From the NCBI GenBank assembly GCA_034667725.1, contig JAXDQS010000001.1:303846-367845 (forward strand): a stretch of 64,000 nt of DNA, read 5' to 3'. The position numbers and the translations under genes are program-made. Origin of the DNA: Thermoplasmata archaeon. Lineage in GTDB: Archaea; Thermoplasmatota; E2; JACPAO01; JAHFTW01. The notes under the pieces are model-generated. The model was given only the letters and a program-made list of their open reading frames with translations, did not search any database and was not told the DNA's origin. How positions within the stretch are numbered: position 1 is the first letter of the stretch; every line of letters starts with the position of its first letter. This document shows positions 46,496 through 57,046 of the stretch, piece by piece.

Positions 46496-49400
46496 ATGCC
46501 GGACGAACCGGGGTCGGCCCGCGCCCGTTTCCTCCGCTTCCGCAAGCGCACCGCCGTGCCCTCCAGCCCCATCCCCGTCCTCAACCTCGAAGGCATCGGG
46601 CCCGTGTTCGCCAAGAAGCTCGAGAAGGCCGGGGTCGCAGACTCCGAGGCCTTGGTCGCCGCCGACGCCGACGCCCTCGCCCGCAAGACCAAGATCCCCG
46701 CCGCCCAGATCCGCAAGTGGCAGGACATGGCCGAGCTGGTCCGCCTGCAAGGCATCGGCCCCCAGTTCGCCGAGGTGCTGGTGCGCTGCGACGTCAACAC
46801 CATCGCCGAACTGGCCCAGCAGGAGCCCAAGGCGCTGGCCGCCAAGATCACCGCCTACCTCGGCTCGCTGGAGTCAAGCGTCGTCGGCGCCTCCATCACG
46901 CCCAAGGTCGCGGGCAAGTGGGTCGCCGAGGCGCGCAAGGCCGCCCCGCCCCCGCCCGACGCCGGCGCCGCGGCACTCCAGCAGGTGCAAGGCAAGGCCG
47001 AGCCCGCCGACCCCGAGGAGGCGCCCCCCGAGCCCGTGGACGACGCCCAGCTCGCCGTCGACGCCAAGAAGGAGGCCGAACGCGGCTTCCTCACCCGCTT
47101 CAGCCGCCGGGTCGCGACCCCCGCCGAGTCGCCCGTCGCGGCGCCCCGCTTCCGCTTCGGCCGCCGCGCGCCGCCCGTCCAATGCGCCCAATGCGGCCAC
47201 ACCTTCCCCGTCGCCGCCGACGCCACCGAGGCCGAGTGCCCCCAGTGCCACGCCGTCCTCGGGCTGACGCCGCTTGCGGACCCGAAGGCGGACGCGAAGG
47301 CCGCCAAGGCCGCGAAGGCCGAGGCGAAGGCGGCCGAGCGCGCGGCCAAGGAGGAGGAACCGGCCAAGACGCCGCGCTTCGGGTTTGGCCGCAAGCCCAA
47401 GGAGGGGGAGCCGGTCGCTGCCCCCGAGCCCGAGCCCGTGAAGGGCCGCCGCAAGGCCGAGCCGGAGCCGGTCGCCGCCGTCGAGGAGCCCGCCAAGAAG
47501 CCGCGCTTCGGGTTTGGCCGCAAGCCCAAGGAAGATGCACCCGTCGAGCCGCCCGCAAAGGGCCTGCGCCTGCCGTTCGCGCGCCGCCCGAAGGAGGAGC
47601 CGCCGGCGGAGGTCGTGTTCACCGAGTCGCCGGCGCCGCCGCCCGCGAGGAAGGGCAAGGCGAAGGCCGAGCCCGCGCCGGCGCCCGAGCCTGCCCCCGA
47701 GGAGCCGGCCAAGAAGCCCCGGTTCGGCTTCGGCCGCAAGCCGAAGGAGGAGGTCGTCTTCACCGAGACCGAGCCCGAGCCGGCCGCCAAGGCGCCGCGC
47801 TTCGGCTTCGGCCGCAAGCAGAAGACCGAGGCGCCCGTGGCCGAGGCCGAGGCCGCCATCGAGGCCGCGCCGAAGAAGCCCCTGTTCCGCTTCGGCCGCA
47901 AGGACAAGCCCGAGGAGCCCGCCGCCGACGCCGGCGAGGCGAAGGCCGCGAAGCTCGCCGCCAAGGAGGAGAAGCGCAAGGCCGCCGAGCAGGCCAAGGC
48001 CGACAGGCTGGCCGCCAAGCAGGCCGCGAAGGAGGCAGCCGAGAAGGCGCGCGCCGACAAGGCGCCCGACGCCAAGGCGCAGGCCCGCGAGGCCAAGCGC
48101 CTGGCCGCGCAGGAGGAGCGCCGCCAACGCGAGCTGGAGCGCCGCCGCGCGCATGCCGCCGAGGCCGCCGGCGCCGGCAAGGACAGCATCTGGGAGCAGG
48201 CGCTCGCCCAAGGCAAGCCGGAGGAGCACGAGACCGCCTGGTCGCGCAGCCAGGAGGCCCGCCGCGCCGACTGGGAGTCGCTGCCGAAGCAGGAGCGCAA
48301 GGCCGCCGCGCGCGAGAAGGTCCGCCTGGTCGACGGCCGCAGCCCGTTCGAGAAGCTGGAGGAGGACCGGCCGCGCGACAAGCCCCGCCTGCCCGACGGC
48401 CAGAGCCCGTTCGCCAAGATTCCCGAGGACGAGCACAAGCCGCACGAGAAGCCGCGCCTGCCCGACGGCCGCAGCGCCTTCGAGCGGCTGCCCGAGGACG
48501 AGCACCAGCGCGCCAAGCCGCGCCTGCCCGACGGCCGCAGCCCGTTCGCCCGGCTGCCCGAGGACGAGCCCGCCGAGGACCGCGTCCACGCCTTCGGCCA
48601 CCAGCCCGGCCGCGAGTACACCACCAAGGCCGGCTTCTTCGTCGTCGAGGAGGACCTTCCCGTCGAGGCCCCCGCGGCGCCCGAGGTCGAGAGCGACCTG
48701 CGCGCCATCCGCCGCGAGGAGAAGAAGCGCGCCGAGGAGGCCCGCAAGGCCGAAATCGCCGCCCGCAGGGAGGCCGACAAGCAGGCCAGGCTCGACGCCA
48801 AGCTGGAGCGCGCCAAGGCCCGCCAGGCCGGCGAGGCCCTCCCCGTCCAGGAGGAGAAGAAGCCCCGCTTCGGCTTGGGCCGCAAGCCCAAGGAGCCCCA
48901 GCCTGAGGAGCAGGCCACGGTCGAGGAGCCCGCCAAGAAGGGCCGCTTCGGGTTCGGCCGCAAGCCCAAGGTGGAGGAGCCGGTCGCTGCCGCTGAGCCT
49001 GAGCCGGTGAAGGGCCGCCGCAAGGCCGAGCCGGAGCCGGTCGCCGCCGTCGAGGAGCCTGCCAAGAAGGGCCGTTTCGGGTTTGGCCGCAAGCCCAAGG
49101 TGGAGGAGCCTGCGCCCGTCCCTGAGCCTGCGCCCGTTAAGGGCCGCCGCAAGGCGAAGGAGGAACCCGTCGCTGCCCCCGAGCCCGCCGCGGTCGAGGA
49201 GCCTGCCAAGAAGCCGCGCTTCGGGTTCGGCCGCAAGGAGAAGGCCGAGGAGCCTGTGGCCGAGGCGGAGGAAGCCGAGAAGAAGCCGCACTTCGGCTTC
49301 GGCCGCAAGGGCAAGGACAAGCCCGTGGAGCCCGTGCCGGAGGAGGCGCCGAAGAAGCGCCGCTTCGGGTTTGGCCGCAAGCCCCAGGAACCCAAGGAAG

Positions 49401-50338
49401 CGGAGCCCGCCCCGGCCCCCGAGCGCCCGCCCCGCCCCAAGCGCCGCCGCGCCCAGCCCGAGGCCCCCGTCCTCGAGCCGGTCGTGGAGCCGGTCCCCGA
49501 GGAGCCCAAGGCCGGCTTCTTCCGCCGCCTCAAGCCGAAGCCCAAGGAGGCCGCCGCCGAGGACGACGCCAAGCTCGCCAAGGAGGAGGCCCGCCGCCAG
49601 AAGGCCCTTGCCGCCGAGCAGGCCAAGCTCGACCGCCTGCGCCAGCGCGAGGAGGCCCGCATGGAGAAGGAGCGCGCCGCCGCGAACGCCGAGGTCGCGA
49701 AGGCCCGCAAGGAGGCCGACAAGCTCCGCTCGGTCGCCGAGGCCGAGGCCGAGCGCGCCCGTCTGGAGGCGGAGGACGCCCGCCGCCTCGCCGAGGAGGA
49801 GCGCCGCAACGCGATGGCCGCCGTCGAGGCCGCCCGCGCGGAGGCGGAGGCCGAGGAGCGCCGCAGGCGCGACGCCGAGCGTGCTGCCGAGGAGGCCCGC
49901 AAGCAGGCCGCGCGCGAGGCCCGCGAGGCCGCCAAGCGCGCCGCCGAGGCGCAGCGCCAGGCCGAGCGCGAGGCGCGCGAGCTTGCGAAGCAGCAGGCGA
50001 AGGCGGCGCGCGAGAACGAGCGGGCGCAGGCGTTCGCCGAGCGCGAGGCGGAGGCCCGCGCCGAGGAGATGGCCAGTGCGCACGCCCATGCCGAGGCGCA
50101 GCGGCGCGCCGGGCTGGAGGCGCAGCGGCTGCAGCAGGAGGCCCGCATGGCGCAGCTCGAGCGCCAGCGGCGCGAGGAGCTTGCCGCCCGCCAGCGCGGC
50201 GAGGCGGAGCTGCAGCGGCGGGCCTTGGAGGCGCCCCCTGCACCGCCTCCCTCCAAGCCGCAGCCCAAGCCGGACGGCCGGAGCCTGGAGTCCAAGGTGG
50301 ACGCCATCCTGCGGTCGCACGAGGCCAAGCGGAAGTAG
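46496..50338 (+). CDS. Large DUF4332 (HhH) protein with zinc ribbon, RFGFGRK repeats and coiled-coil C-terminus
   Basis: '[17 protein letters not shown]', '[15 protein letters not shown]' (DUF4332); CAQC...CPQC; repeats; E/A/R/K-rich tail. Confidence 0.8.
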   Translation: MPDEPGSARARFLRFRKRTAVPSSPIPVLNLEGIGPVFAKKLEKAGVADSEALVAADADALARKTKIPAAQIRKWQDMAELVRLQGIGPQFAEVLVRCDVNTIAELAQQEPKALAAKITAYLGSLESSVVGASITPKVAGKWVAEARKAAPPPPDAGAAALQQVQGKAEPADPEEAPPEPVDDAQLAVDAKKEAERGFLTRFSRRVATPAESPVAAPRFRFGRRAPPVQCAQCGHTFPVAADATEAECPQCHAVLGLTPLADPKADAKAAKAAKAEAKAAERAAKEEEPAKTPRFGFGRKPKEGEPVAAPEPEPVKGRRKAEPEPVAAVEEPAKKPRFGFGRKPKEDAPVEPPAKGLRLPFARRPKEEPPAEVVFTESPAPPPARKGKAKAEPAPAPEPAPEEPAKKPRFGFGRKPKEEVVFTETEPEPAAKAPRFGFGRKQKTEAPVAEAEAAIEAAPKKPLFRFGRKDKPEEPAADAGEAKAAKLAAKEEKRKAAEQAKADRLAAKQAAKEAAEKARADKAPDAKAQAREAKRLAAQEERRQRELERRRAHAAEAAGAGKDSIWEQALAQGKPEEHETAWSRSQEARRADWESLPKQERKAAAREKVRLVDGRSPFEKLEEDRPRDKPRLPDGQSPFAKIPEDEHKPHEKPRLPDGRSAFERLPEDEHQRAKPRLPDGRSPFARLPEDEPAEDRVHAFGHQPGREYTTKAGFFVVEEDLPVEAPAAPEVESDLRAIRREEKKRAEEARKAEIAARREADKQARLDAKLERAKARQAGEALPVQEEKKPRFGLGRKPKEPQPEEQATVEEPAKKGRFGFGRKPKVEEPVAAAEPEPVKGRRKAEPEPVAAVEEPAKKGRFGFGRKPKVEEPAPVPEPAPVKGRRKAKEEPVAAPEPAAVEEPAKKPRFGFGRKEKAEEPVAEAEEAEKKPHFGFGRKGKDKPVEPVPEEAPKKRRFGFGRKPQEPKEAEPAPAPERPPRPKRRRAQPEAPVLEPVVEPVPEEPKAGFFRRLKPKPKEAAAEDDAKLAKEEARRQKALAAEQAKLDRLRQREEARMEKERAAANAEVAKARKEADKLRSVAEAEAERARLEAEDARRLAEEERRNAMAAVEAARAEAEAEERRRRDAERAAEEARKQAAREAREAAKRAAEAQRQAEREARELAKQQAKAARENERAQAFAEREAEARAEEMASAHAHAEAQRRAGLEAQRLQQEARMAQLERQRREELAARQRGEAELQRRALEAPPAPPPSKPQPKPDGRSLESKVDAILRSHEAKRK
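47408..49100 (+). repeat. Near-identical ~120-bp intragenic direct repeat (47408-47531 and 48977-49100)
   Basis: Both copies encode [39 protein letters not shown] with few nucleotide differences. Confidence 0.85.
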
Positions 50339-50421
50339 TTCCGGGCGCTCCCACCAGTACTTTCATCCATCTGGCAGGCCTGTCCAAATCGAGGCCGCGC
50401 CATCGCGGTGCTGGTGCCTCA

Positions 50422-51462
50422 ATGGCGAAGAAGAACGCGGAACCGGTTGCCATGGACGAAGACTACGATGCAACCTTGGACAACGAGCTCACGCCCCTCG
50501 ACCCGAAGAAGGAGTCGCACATCCGGATGACGGTCGAGGACCTCCCCGGCGTCGGCCCCGCCACGGCGGACAAGCTGAAGGAGGCCGGCTACGAGGACCT
50601 CATGGCCATCGCGGTGGCGTCCCCCGGCGACATCGCCGAGAAGTGCGACATCGGCGAAGGGGTCGCGCAGAAGATCATCAACGCCGCCCGCAAGCTCGCC
50701 GACGTCGGCGGCTTCGAGACCGGCCTGGAGGTCGCCGAGCGCCGCAAGAGCGTCAACAAGATCCACACCGGCTCCAAGGCGTTCGACGAGCTCATGGGCG
50801 GCGGCGTCGAGACCCAGTCCATCACCGAGTTCTACGGCGAGTTCGGCTCCTGCAAGACCCAGTTCGCCATGCAGCTCGCGGTCACCGTCCAGCGCAGCGA
50901 GACCGAGGGCGGCCTCAACGGCCACGCGCTCTACATCGACACCGAGAACACCTTCCGCCCCGAGCGCATCACCCAGATGGCCCAGGCCCTCGGCATGGAC
51001 CCCCAGGAGACGCTGCGCCGCATCCACGTCGCGCGCGCCTTCAACTCCAACCACCAGATGCTGCTGGCCGAGCGCGCCGCGGAGATCTGCCGCGACTTCC
51101 CCATCCGCCTCATCGTGGTGGACTCCCTGACGGCGCACTTCCGCGCCGAGTTCGTCGGCCGCGGCACGCTGGCCGACCGCCAGCAGAAGCTCAACCGCCA
51201 CATGCACGACCTGCAGCGCCTCGCCGGCATCAACAACGCCGCCTGCGTCGTGACCAACCAGGTGAGCGCCAAGCCGGACGCCTTCTTCGGCGACCCGACG
51301 CGCCCCATCGGCGGCCACATCGTCGGCCACACCTCGACGTTCCGCATCTACCTGCGCAAGTCGAAGGGCGGCAAGCGCATCTGCCGCCTGGTCGACTCGC
51401 CCCACCTGCCCGAAGGCGAGGCGGTCGTCAACGTGACCGAAGATGGCATCCGCGACGCCTGA
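50422..51462 (+). CDS. radA: DNA repair and recombination protein RadA
   Basis: HhH '[12 protein letters not shown]', '[21 protein letters not shown]', '[13 protein letters not shown]', 'VTNQV', 'PIGGHIVGH', 'DSPHLPEGE'. Confidence 0.97.
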   Translation: MAKKNAEPVAMDEDYDATLDNELTPLDPKKESHIRMTVEDLPGVGPATADKLKEAGYEDLMAIAVASPGDIAEKCDIGEGVAQKIINAARKLADVGGFETGLEVAERRKSVNKIHTGSKAFDELMGGGVETQSITEFYGEFGSCKTQFAMQLAVTVQRSETEGGLNGHALYIDTENTFRPERITQMAQALGMDPQETLRRIHVARAFNSNHQMLLAERAAEICRDFPIRLIVVDSLTAHFRAEFVGRGTLADRQQKLNRHMHDLQRLAGINNAACVVTNQVSAKPDAFFGDPTRPIGGHIVGHTSTFRIYLRKSKGGKRICRLVDSPHLPEGEAVVNVTEDGIRDA

Positions 51463-51464
51463 GG

Positions 51465-51731
51465 CTACGCCCCGTCCGTCACCCGCTGGGTTGCCGCCCG
51501 GAATGCCTCGAACACCTTGAGCCACAGCTCGCCGTGCGCGACGTAGCGGTCCACGACCTCGTGCTCGACGGCACGGCGGGCCTCGGTCGGCCCGGAGGTC
51601 GAGATGTCGCGCGCCCACAGCAGCGCGATGCAGTCGTTGAGGATGCTTTCGCGGTCGCGGCGCGACTGGACGCTCAGTTGGCGCAATGCCTCGTTGCCGA
51701 TTGGACCCAAATTCACCCGCGGTGCCTGCAT
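51465..51731 (-). CDS. Small hypothetical protein, possibly ribbon-helix-helix-like
   Basis: 'VNLG...EALRQLS...RDRESILNDCI' strand-helix-helix pattern; convergent with radA. Confidence 0.45.
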   Translation of the reverse strand: MQAPRVNLGPIGNEALRQLSVQSRRDRESILNDCIALLWARDISTSGPTEARRAVEHEVVDRYVAHGELWLKVFEAFRAATQRVTDGA

Positions 51732-51823
51732 GCTTCGACCAACCCAGCAGCGGGCCCAGCGACTAAAGCGTTGGCAGGCCGACGGCGGCAGCAAGCTTTG
51801 ACCCGGCCGCCGGCTGACCCCGT

Positions 51824-52057
51824 ATGCGCCGCGCGACCCTCGCCGCCGTTGCCCTGCTGGCCTTCCTGGCCGTCCCCGCCGCCTTCGCCCTGTCCGACCA
51901 GGCCGACACGCCGGACTGCGTCGTCCTGGTGGTCAACACCATCGGCGTCGTCTGCAAGGGCACCTACTGGTGCGACAGCGGCGGCATCTGCGCCCAGGAA
52001 TACTGCACCCTCACGATCGGCCCCAAGGAATACGCCTGCATCCTGTCGCCGCCGTAG
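51824..52057 (+). CDS. Small secreted Cys-rich protein (6 Cys)
   Basis: Signal peptide 'MRRATLAAVALLAFLAVPAAFA'; host-like codon usage. Confidence 0.7.
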   Translation: MRRATLAAVALLAFLAVPAAFALSDQADTPDCVVLVVNTIGVVCKGTYWCDSGGICAQEYCTLTIGPKEYACILSPP

Positions 52058-55000
52058 CTACACCACGCGCACCAAGCCCCAGGCGCCCGCCTCCAGGAAG
52101 GCGATGCGGCTGCTGCCCCACAGGTAGTCGCCCCGCAGCGGGGCGGCGCGCATGAAGTCGTCATAGGTGGCGCCAGGGCCCAGTTCGTGGACGCCGGGCC
52201 CGTGCCCTTGCAAGTCGTGCCCGATGTGCTGGTCGCCGGCGGCGCCGACGATCCGCAGCACGAACTCCGCGCCCGCCGGGACCTCCAGGGTGGGGGTCTC
52301 CGGGGGCGGGCCGGCGCGCGCGAACGGGATGAGCGGGTTGCGGGCCTCCGCCTGGGTCAGCCCGAAGCCGCAGTCGGCCAGGTTGCGGTCCAGCGTGCAG
52401 GGATGGACGTGCAGGGTCGCGTCGCTGGCCAGCAGGCCGAGCGGGCCGAGGATCGTGGTGCGGCCCCTGGACAAGCCGACGCGGCCGGGGAACGGCTCGG
52501 TGCGGTAGTTGACCATGACGTCGCCCAGCGGCATCGGGTCGTAGGCCATGGCGCTCGCGTCGTAGTGCGGGTCGTTGCTGGCGTAGTGCAGCACCAGCTC
52601 GTGCAGCGTGCGGCCCCTGGGCAGGCTGACGACCGCGGCGGCCCCCGTCCAGTTGGAGGGCCTGGCGCCGGGCGGCTCGACCACGATGCTGCCATGCAGG
52701 CCTTGGGTCGCCGGGTTCGCCGGCTGCTGGAGCGAGGTCTGCTGCTGGCCGTAGCTGGTGAGGTAGTGAGTGCCTTGCAGGTCGGCCACCCAACGGTAGG
52801 TCTGCGTCGCCCCCGGCGCGGCCACTTTCCCCGTGGTGGTCCCGACGCTGATGCCGAGGTCCGCGTGCGTGGCGGGCGTGAGGCCGCTGGCGTGCAGCGA
52901 CACGGCCACCCCGAGGTTGTTGGTGAGCGTCACCTCGACGGTCTCGCCTGGCAGTGCGCGCAGCACCAGCGGCTCCGGGCGCTTGCCCGCCAAGATCGCG
53001 GGCGCCTCGCTGGCCAGCGCGAAGAACCGGAGCGGCGCCGACAAGGCCTGCCGGTCGTTGAGCGACACCGCCTGCTCCATCGAGACCACGTCGTAATGGC
53101 GGACGGGCCCGGCGGGGATGGCAGCGGGCGGCGCGTTGCTGGGCAGCGGCGCCACCGAACCGTTGCCGGCCGGCAGCACCCGGAGGATGCCCCATGCGCC
53201 GCGGTCGAAGATCTCCGGGTCCGCGATGTGGTAGAGGTAATCGCCGGCCTGGCCGCCGCAGCCGCCCGCGCCGCATTGCAGCCGCATGTTGTGCTGGGAG
53301 CTGATGCCGATGGTGACGCGGTCCACCAAGGGCGAACCGGGGAGGTGCTGCTCGACGGGGAAGCGATGGCCGGGCAGCGCGAAGGTCGCGACCCCGCGCG
53401 TCATGCTCTGGCCGGTGTAGACCAGCCGCACCATCGTCGGGTCGCCGGCGTGCGCCTCCAAGAGCGGGGTCGCGGGGTCGCCTTGCGGGATGGCCGGGAA
53501 CGGCCGCGTGCCTCCGGTCGCAAGGGTCGCGTCCCAGCGCCGCTCGAAGAACGGCTCGGTGCGCAGGTTGAAGGTGGCGGGCTCGAAGCCGCGGTTCGGC
53601 AGCACCGGGAAGCCGCCGGTCGTCACCGTGCACTCCACCGGGAAGGCGCACGAACGGTCCTGGAACTGCAGCGCCAGCTCGCGGTAGGTGTAGGCGCCGT
53701 CGGCGGCGCGGGCGGGGTCCTCGTTGACGATGTCCACGATGGGGCCCTCGTCCACTTCCCAGCCGGCACAGTCCTGGCTCGCGCTCGCCGGCCGCTTCGG
53801 GTCGCACCACTGCGAGCCCGCCGGCTCCACCACGAGGCTGCCGTAGAGGCCGTGCCGCCAGGAGTTGAGGCCGTCGACGTGGTCGTGCCAGTAGACGATG
53901 CCGAGCTCGACGTCGGCGTACCAGCGGTAGCGCGCGAACTCGGTGCCGGCCCATTCGCCCGCCGCGTGGGCCGACGCCAGCGGCGCGTCGAGGTGGACCG
54001 TCGTGCCGTTGACGGCCACGACGCGGCGGACCTCGGGATGGTCGGTGGCGAGGCCGACGCCGATGGTGGCGCCCGCGAACAGGGAGGCGTCGGTCGCCTC
54101 GAACCAGTCCTGGCCGGCGGGCGCGGCGGCGGCAAGCGCTGGCCCCGTCGTGGCGGGCCGGATGCTCTGCTCGTAGTTCATGCCGGTGATGACGCCGTCG
54201 GAGCCTTGGACGTCGAACTGCACGAGGTGGGTGTGCATGTTGACCTTCGACGCCGGCAGCTCGTTGGCCAGCAGGACGTCGATGCAGTCACCTTGGTTGG
54301 CGCGGATCATCAGGCTCTCCGGCGCCTTGGTGCCGTTGCGGACGGCGTCGCGGTCCTGCGCCAGCACGAAAACCTGGCCGTTGACGTCCTTGCGCAGCTC
54401 GCTCAAGGGGACGACCGCGGGCATCGCGACGACGTTGTAGGTGCGGATCGGGGCGCCCGCCGGGCACAGGCCATCGGGATGGCCCGCGTCGAACGTCGTG
54501 CCCAGGTGCGGGGCCGGCGAGTGGTCGGGCGCGAACGGCGGCCGCTTGCCGAGGTGCGGCTCCAGGAACGGGTAGCTCAGGCGGCCGTCCACCGGGTTGA
54601 ACCGCAGCGCGGGCCGGTCCACGCCGTTGGCGGGGCGGTTCGGCGAGGTGCGGTTGGACGGCGGCTCGCCGAGGTAAAGCGGTGCCGCCGGGTCGCTCCA
54701 GGTCCAGTCCCAGCGCGACGCGTCGTCGGGGCCGGGCACGCCTTGGGGCGGCAACCGCGCCTCGATCCAGGCGTGGATGGTCGTAGTGTCCAGCAGCGTG
54801 CCGTCGAGCATCGTGCGCCCCAGCAGGCCGCGACTGTCCACCGCGGCGGGCGTGCCGTGGCGGCGGTCGGGCAGCTCCGCGAGCCCCGGCTGCAAGGTGT
54901 TGTGGACCCGCCAGATCGACCACATGCCGGCCATGTAGTGCTCGACGATGTGGCAGTGGAACAGGAAGTCGCCCACCGACTGCTGGACGCCACCGGCGCC

Positions 55001-56305
55001 GCCCTCGACCTCCGCGGTCATCGACTCGCCCGGCGCCAAGGTCTGGACGTCGACGCGCTCGCTGGCGCTGCGGACGTGGTGGTTGTGCTTCAGCAGGCCG
55101 TCGTCGAACTGCGTGTCGTCCGCGAGCGGCGACGCACGCCACCGGTCCCCGCCGCCATGCAAGTGGTGGACGTGGTCCTGGCCGGGGCCGGCGTTGACGA
55201 CGCGGAACTTGAACGGGTCGCCGACGTAGGCCCGGGGCATGAAGGTCCCCGGGTCGCCGTTGAAGTAGCTGCTGTAGGCGAGCGACTTGTCGTGGCCGCC
55301 CAGCTCCGCGTCCGCGAACAGGAACCGGTCGCGGAACGGCTCGCTCCGGAGGTTCATCCCCTTCATGCCCGGCCCGTACTCGCCCGACACCTCCGACAAC
55401 AGCGGCAGCGGCCGGCCCAGGTAGTCCAAGAGCCCAGCCTCGTCGTGGTAGAACACCACGGCCTCGCGGAAGTCGCTGCGGCGCGAGCGCACCACCATCG
55501 CCTGCGCGCCGGCGGTCCCGGCCGCGCCGTCCGGCCCCGTCCACGCCGCGTCCGTCGGCTCGCCCACCAGGGCGCCGAACAAGCCGTGCCGCGTCTGCGA
55601 GCGCGCGTCCGCCGGGCTGTAGAGGAAATGCGCGCCCTCGTGCCCCGCCTCGCGCGGCAAGTGGAACGTGAACGCGCCACGCATCCCCGGCAGCACGAAC
55701 GCCAACTGGCCCGGCGGGCCCGCCAAGCCGCGCACGTCGATGCCGGCAGGCTCCGCCAGCAGGTTCGTGAGCCGGATGGTCACGCAGTCGCCCAACCGCG
55801 CGCGCAACACCAGCGGCTCCGCCAACGCGGACACCTCGAGCCGGCCGGCGAAGCCGCCGGCCTCGAGGGCGACGTCGCGGGCGGGGCGCGGGTCGATGCG
55901 CTGCGCGATGCGCGCCTGCGCCTCCGCGACCTTGGCCGCGATGGTCGCGCCCAGCTCGGTGGGCGCCGCCATGAGGCCGGCAAGCTCGCCGAGGCCGTCG
56001 GCGGCGGCGTCCCAGCCGGCGGCGGCCGCCTTGCCCGCCACGTCGCGCAGCAGCGGCACCCGGTTGGCGTCGAGGACGAACAGCTGCCCGTCCGGGTCGA
56101 AGTCGCCCCAGTGGTTGTAGCTAATCGGGACGGCGAGCGCGGTGACGTCGAAGGCCACCTGGGGCGCGGCGGCGGGGCAGGGCGAGCCGGCGGAGACGGG
56201 AACGGCCGGCGGCACGGTGGCGACGGACTGGACGTCCATGGCCAGGAAGGCAAGCGCAAGCAGCACGACGGAACAGACGCGACGGGACAGGCCGACCACC
56301 ACCAA
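52058..56305 (-). CDS. Large secreted six-domain multicopper oxidase (MnxG-like)
   Basis: Signal peptide; HVHHLHG, HCHIVEHYMAGM, NMHTH, YWHDH; repeated cupredoxin openers 'EPLVLRA..GD'. Confidence 0.88.
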   Translation of the reverse strand: MVVVGLSRRVCSVVLLALAFLAMDVQSVATVPPAVPVSAGSPCPAAAPQVAFDVTALAVPISYNHWGDFDPDGQLFVLDANRVPLLRDVAGKAAAAGWDAAADGLGELAGLMAAPTELGATIAAKVAEAQARIAQRIDPRPARDVALEAGGFAGRLEVSALAEPLVLRARLGDCVTIRLTNLLAEPAGIDVRGLAGPPGQLAFVLPGMRGAFTFHLPREAGHEGAHFLYSPADARSQTRHGLFGALVGEPTDAAWTGPDGAAGTAGAQAMVVRSRRSDFREAVVFYHDEAGLLDYLGRPLPLLSEVSGEYGPGMKGMNLRSEPFRDRFLFADAELGGHDKSLAYSSYFNGDPGTFMPRAYVGDPFKFRVVNAGPGQDHVHHLHGGGDRWRASPLADDTQFDDGLLKHNHHVRSASERVDVQTLAPGESMTAEVEGGAGGVQQSVGDFLFHCHIVEHYMAGMWSIWRVHNTLQPGLAELPDRRHGTPAAVDSRGLLGRTMLDGTLLDTTTIHAWIEARLPPQGVPGPDDASRWDWTWSDPAAPLYLGEPPSNRTSPNRPANGVDRPALRFNPVDGRLSYPFLEPHLGKRPPFAPDHSPAPHLGTTFDAGHPDGLCPAGAPIRTYNVVAMPAVVPLSELRKDVNGQVFVLAQDRDAVRNGTKAPESLMIRANQGDCIDVLLANELPASKVNMHTHLVQFDVQGSDGVITGMNYEQSIRPATTGPALAAAAPAGQDWFEATDASLFAGATIGVGLATDHPEVRRVVAVNGTTVHLDAPLASAHAAGEWAGTEFARYRWYADVELGIVYWHDHVDGLNSWRHGLYGSLVVEPAGSQWCDPKRPASASQDCAGWEVDEGPIVDIVNEDPARAADGAYTYRELALQFQDRSCAFPVECTVTTGGFPVLPNRGFEPATFNLRTEPFFERRWDATLATGGTRPFPAIPQGDPATPLLEAHAGDPTMVRLVYTGQSMTRGVATFALPGHRFPVEQHLPGSPLVDRVTIGISSQHNMRLQCGAGGCGGQAGDYLYHIADPEIFDRGAWGILRVLPAGNGSVAPLPSNAPPAAIPAGPVRHYDVVSMEQAVSLNDRQALSAPLRFFALASEAPAILAGKRPEPLVLRALPGETVEVTLTNNLGVAVSLHASGLTPATHADLGISVGTTTGKVAAPGATQTYRWVADLQGTHYLTSYGQQQTSLQQPANPATQGLHGSIVVEPPGARPSNWTGAAAVVSLPRGRTLHELVLHYASNDPHYDASAMAYDPMPLGDVMVNYRTEPFPGRVGLSRGRTTILGPLGLLASDATLHVHPCTLDRNLADCGFGLTQAEARNPLIPFARAGPPPETPTLEVPAGAEFVLRIVGAAGDQHIGHDLQGHGPGVHELGPGATYDDFMRAAPLRGDYLWGSSRIAFLEAGAWGLVRVV

Positions 56306-56362
56306 GAAAGCAGGATGAGCGGAGAGAGGAAAGGAAAAGGGGGAGAAGGGAACCGCGTGAGC

Positions 56363-57025
56363 TTACTGGCAGGCGGCCGTCAACGGGGCGGCCAGGCCGG
56401 CGGGCAGCACGCTCGAGGCGCCGACGTAGACGATGATCTGGTACGTCGTGGTGCCCGAGGGGAACGGCGCCGGGTACACGTGCACCGTGATGGTGCCGCC
56501 GGGGCCGATGGCCGTCGAGACCGCGACGCCAGTGCCGGCGCCGACGAGGTCCCAGTTGTCCAGGTTGCCGTCCGGCGGGGAGGCGGGGCCCCCCAGGGAG
56601 CCGGGCGGCGGGGCGGGGGCGCCGGGGAATGCCGGGCCACCGATGTCCCAGCCGGCCGCGACCGAGCTCAGGGTCACGCCGGGCGAGGGGGCCACGGTGC
56701 AGATCATGTGCGGCGGGGTCGGCGAGCTGGCCGGCACGAAGCCGGTGTCGCAGTAGGCGCCGGCGACGCCGATGCCATAGCCGGCGCAGGTGGCCGCGGA
56801 GCTGGTGTAGCCGGTGCCCGAGGGACAGCCGGCCATCGCGACGACGGCGCCCGTCCAGGGGCCGGGGATGGCGCCGCCGCCCGAGATCGGGGCCATCGGG
56901 CCCGGCGTCGGGGGGTAGGTGCAGGCGTTGGCGCTTGCCGTCGCGGGCGCCGAAATCAGGGACAAGAGGGTGAGGGACGCCGTGAGGGCCACGGCAACAG
57001 TCCGGGGTAGCGGGTTTGCGACCAC
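56363..57025 (-). CDS. Secreted Pro/Gly-rich, Cys-containing hypothetical protein
   Basis: Signal-peptide-like N-terminus; co-oriented directly upstream of the oxidase. Confidence 0.65.
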   Translation of the reverse strand: MVANPLPRTVAVALTASLTLLSLISAPATASANACTYPPTPGPMAPISGGGAIPGPWTGAVVAMAGCPSGTGYTSSAATCAGYGIGVAGAYCDTGFVPASSPTPPHMICTVAPSPGVTLSSVAAGWDIGGPAFPGAPAPPPGSLGGPASPPDGNLDNWDLVGAGTGVAVSTAIGPGGTITVHVYPAPFPSGTTTYQIIVYVGASSVLPAGLAAPLTAACQ

Positions 57026-57046
57026 CAGCCGGCGATTTCGGGGTCG

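Noticed and set aside
46855-50403. Long antisense and alternate-frame ORFs (also 18245-20818, 20311-23766, 52187-57010 and many others)
   Set aside because: Shadow ORFs caused by very high GC; they overlap well-supported genes and lack motifs.
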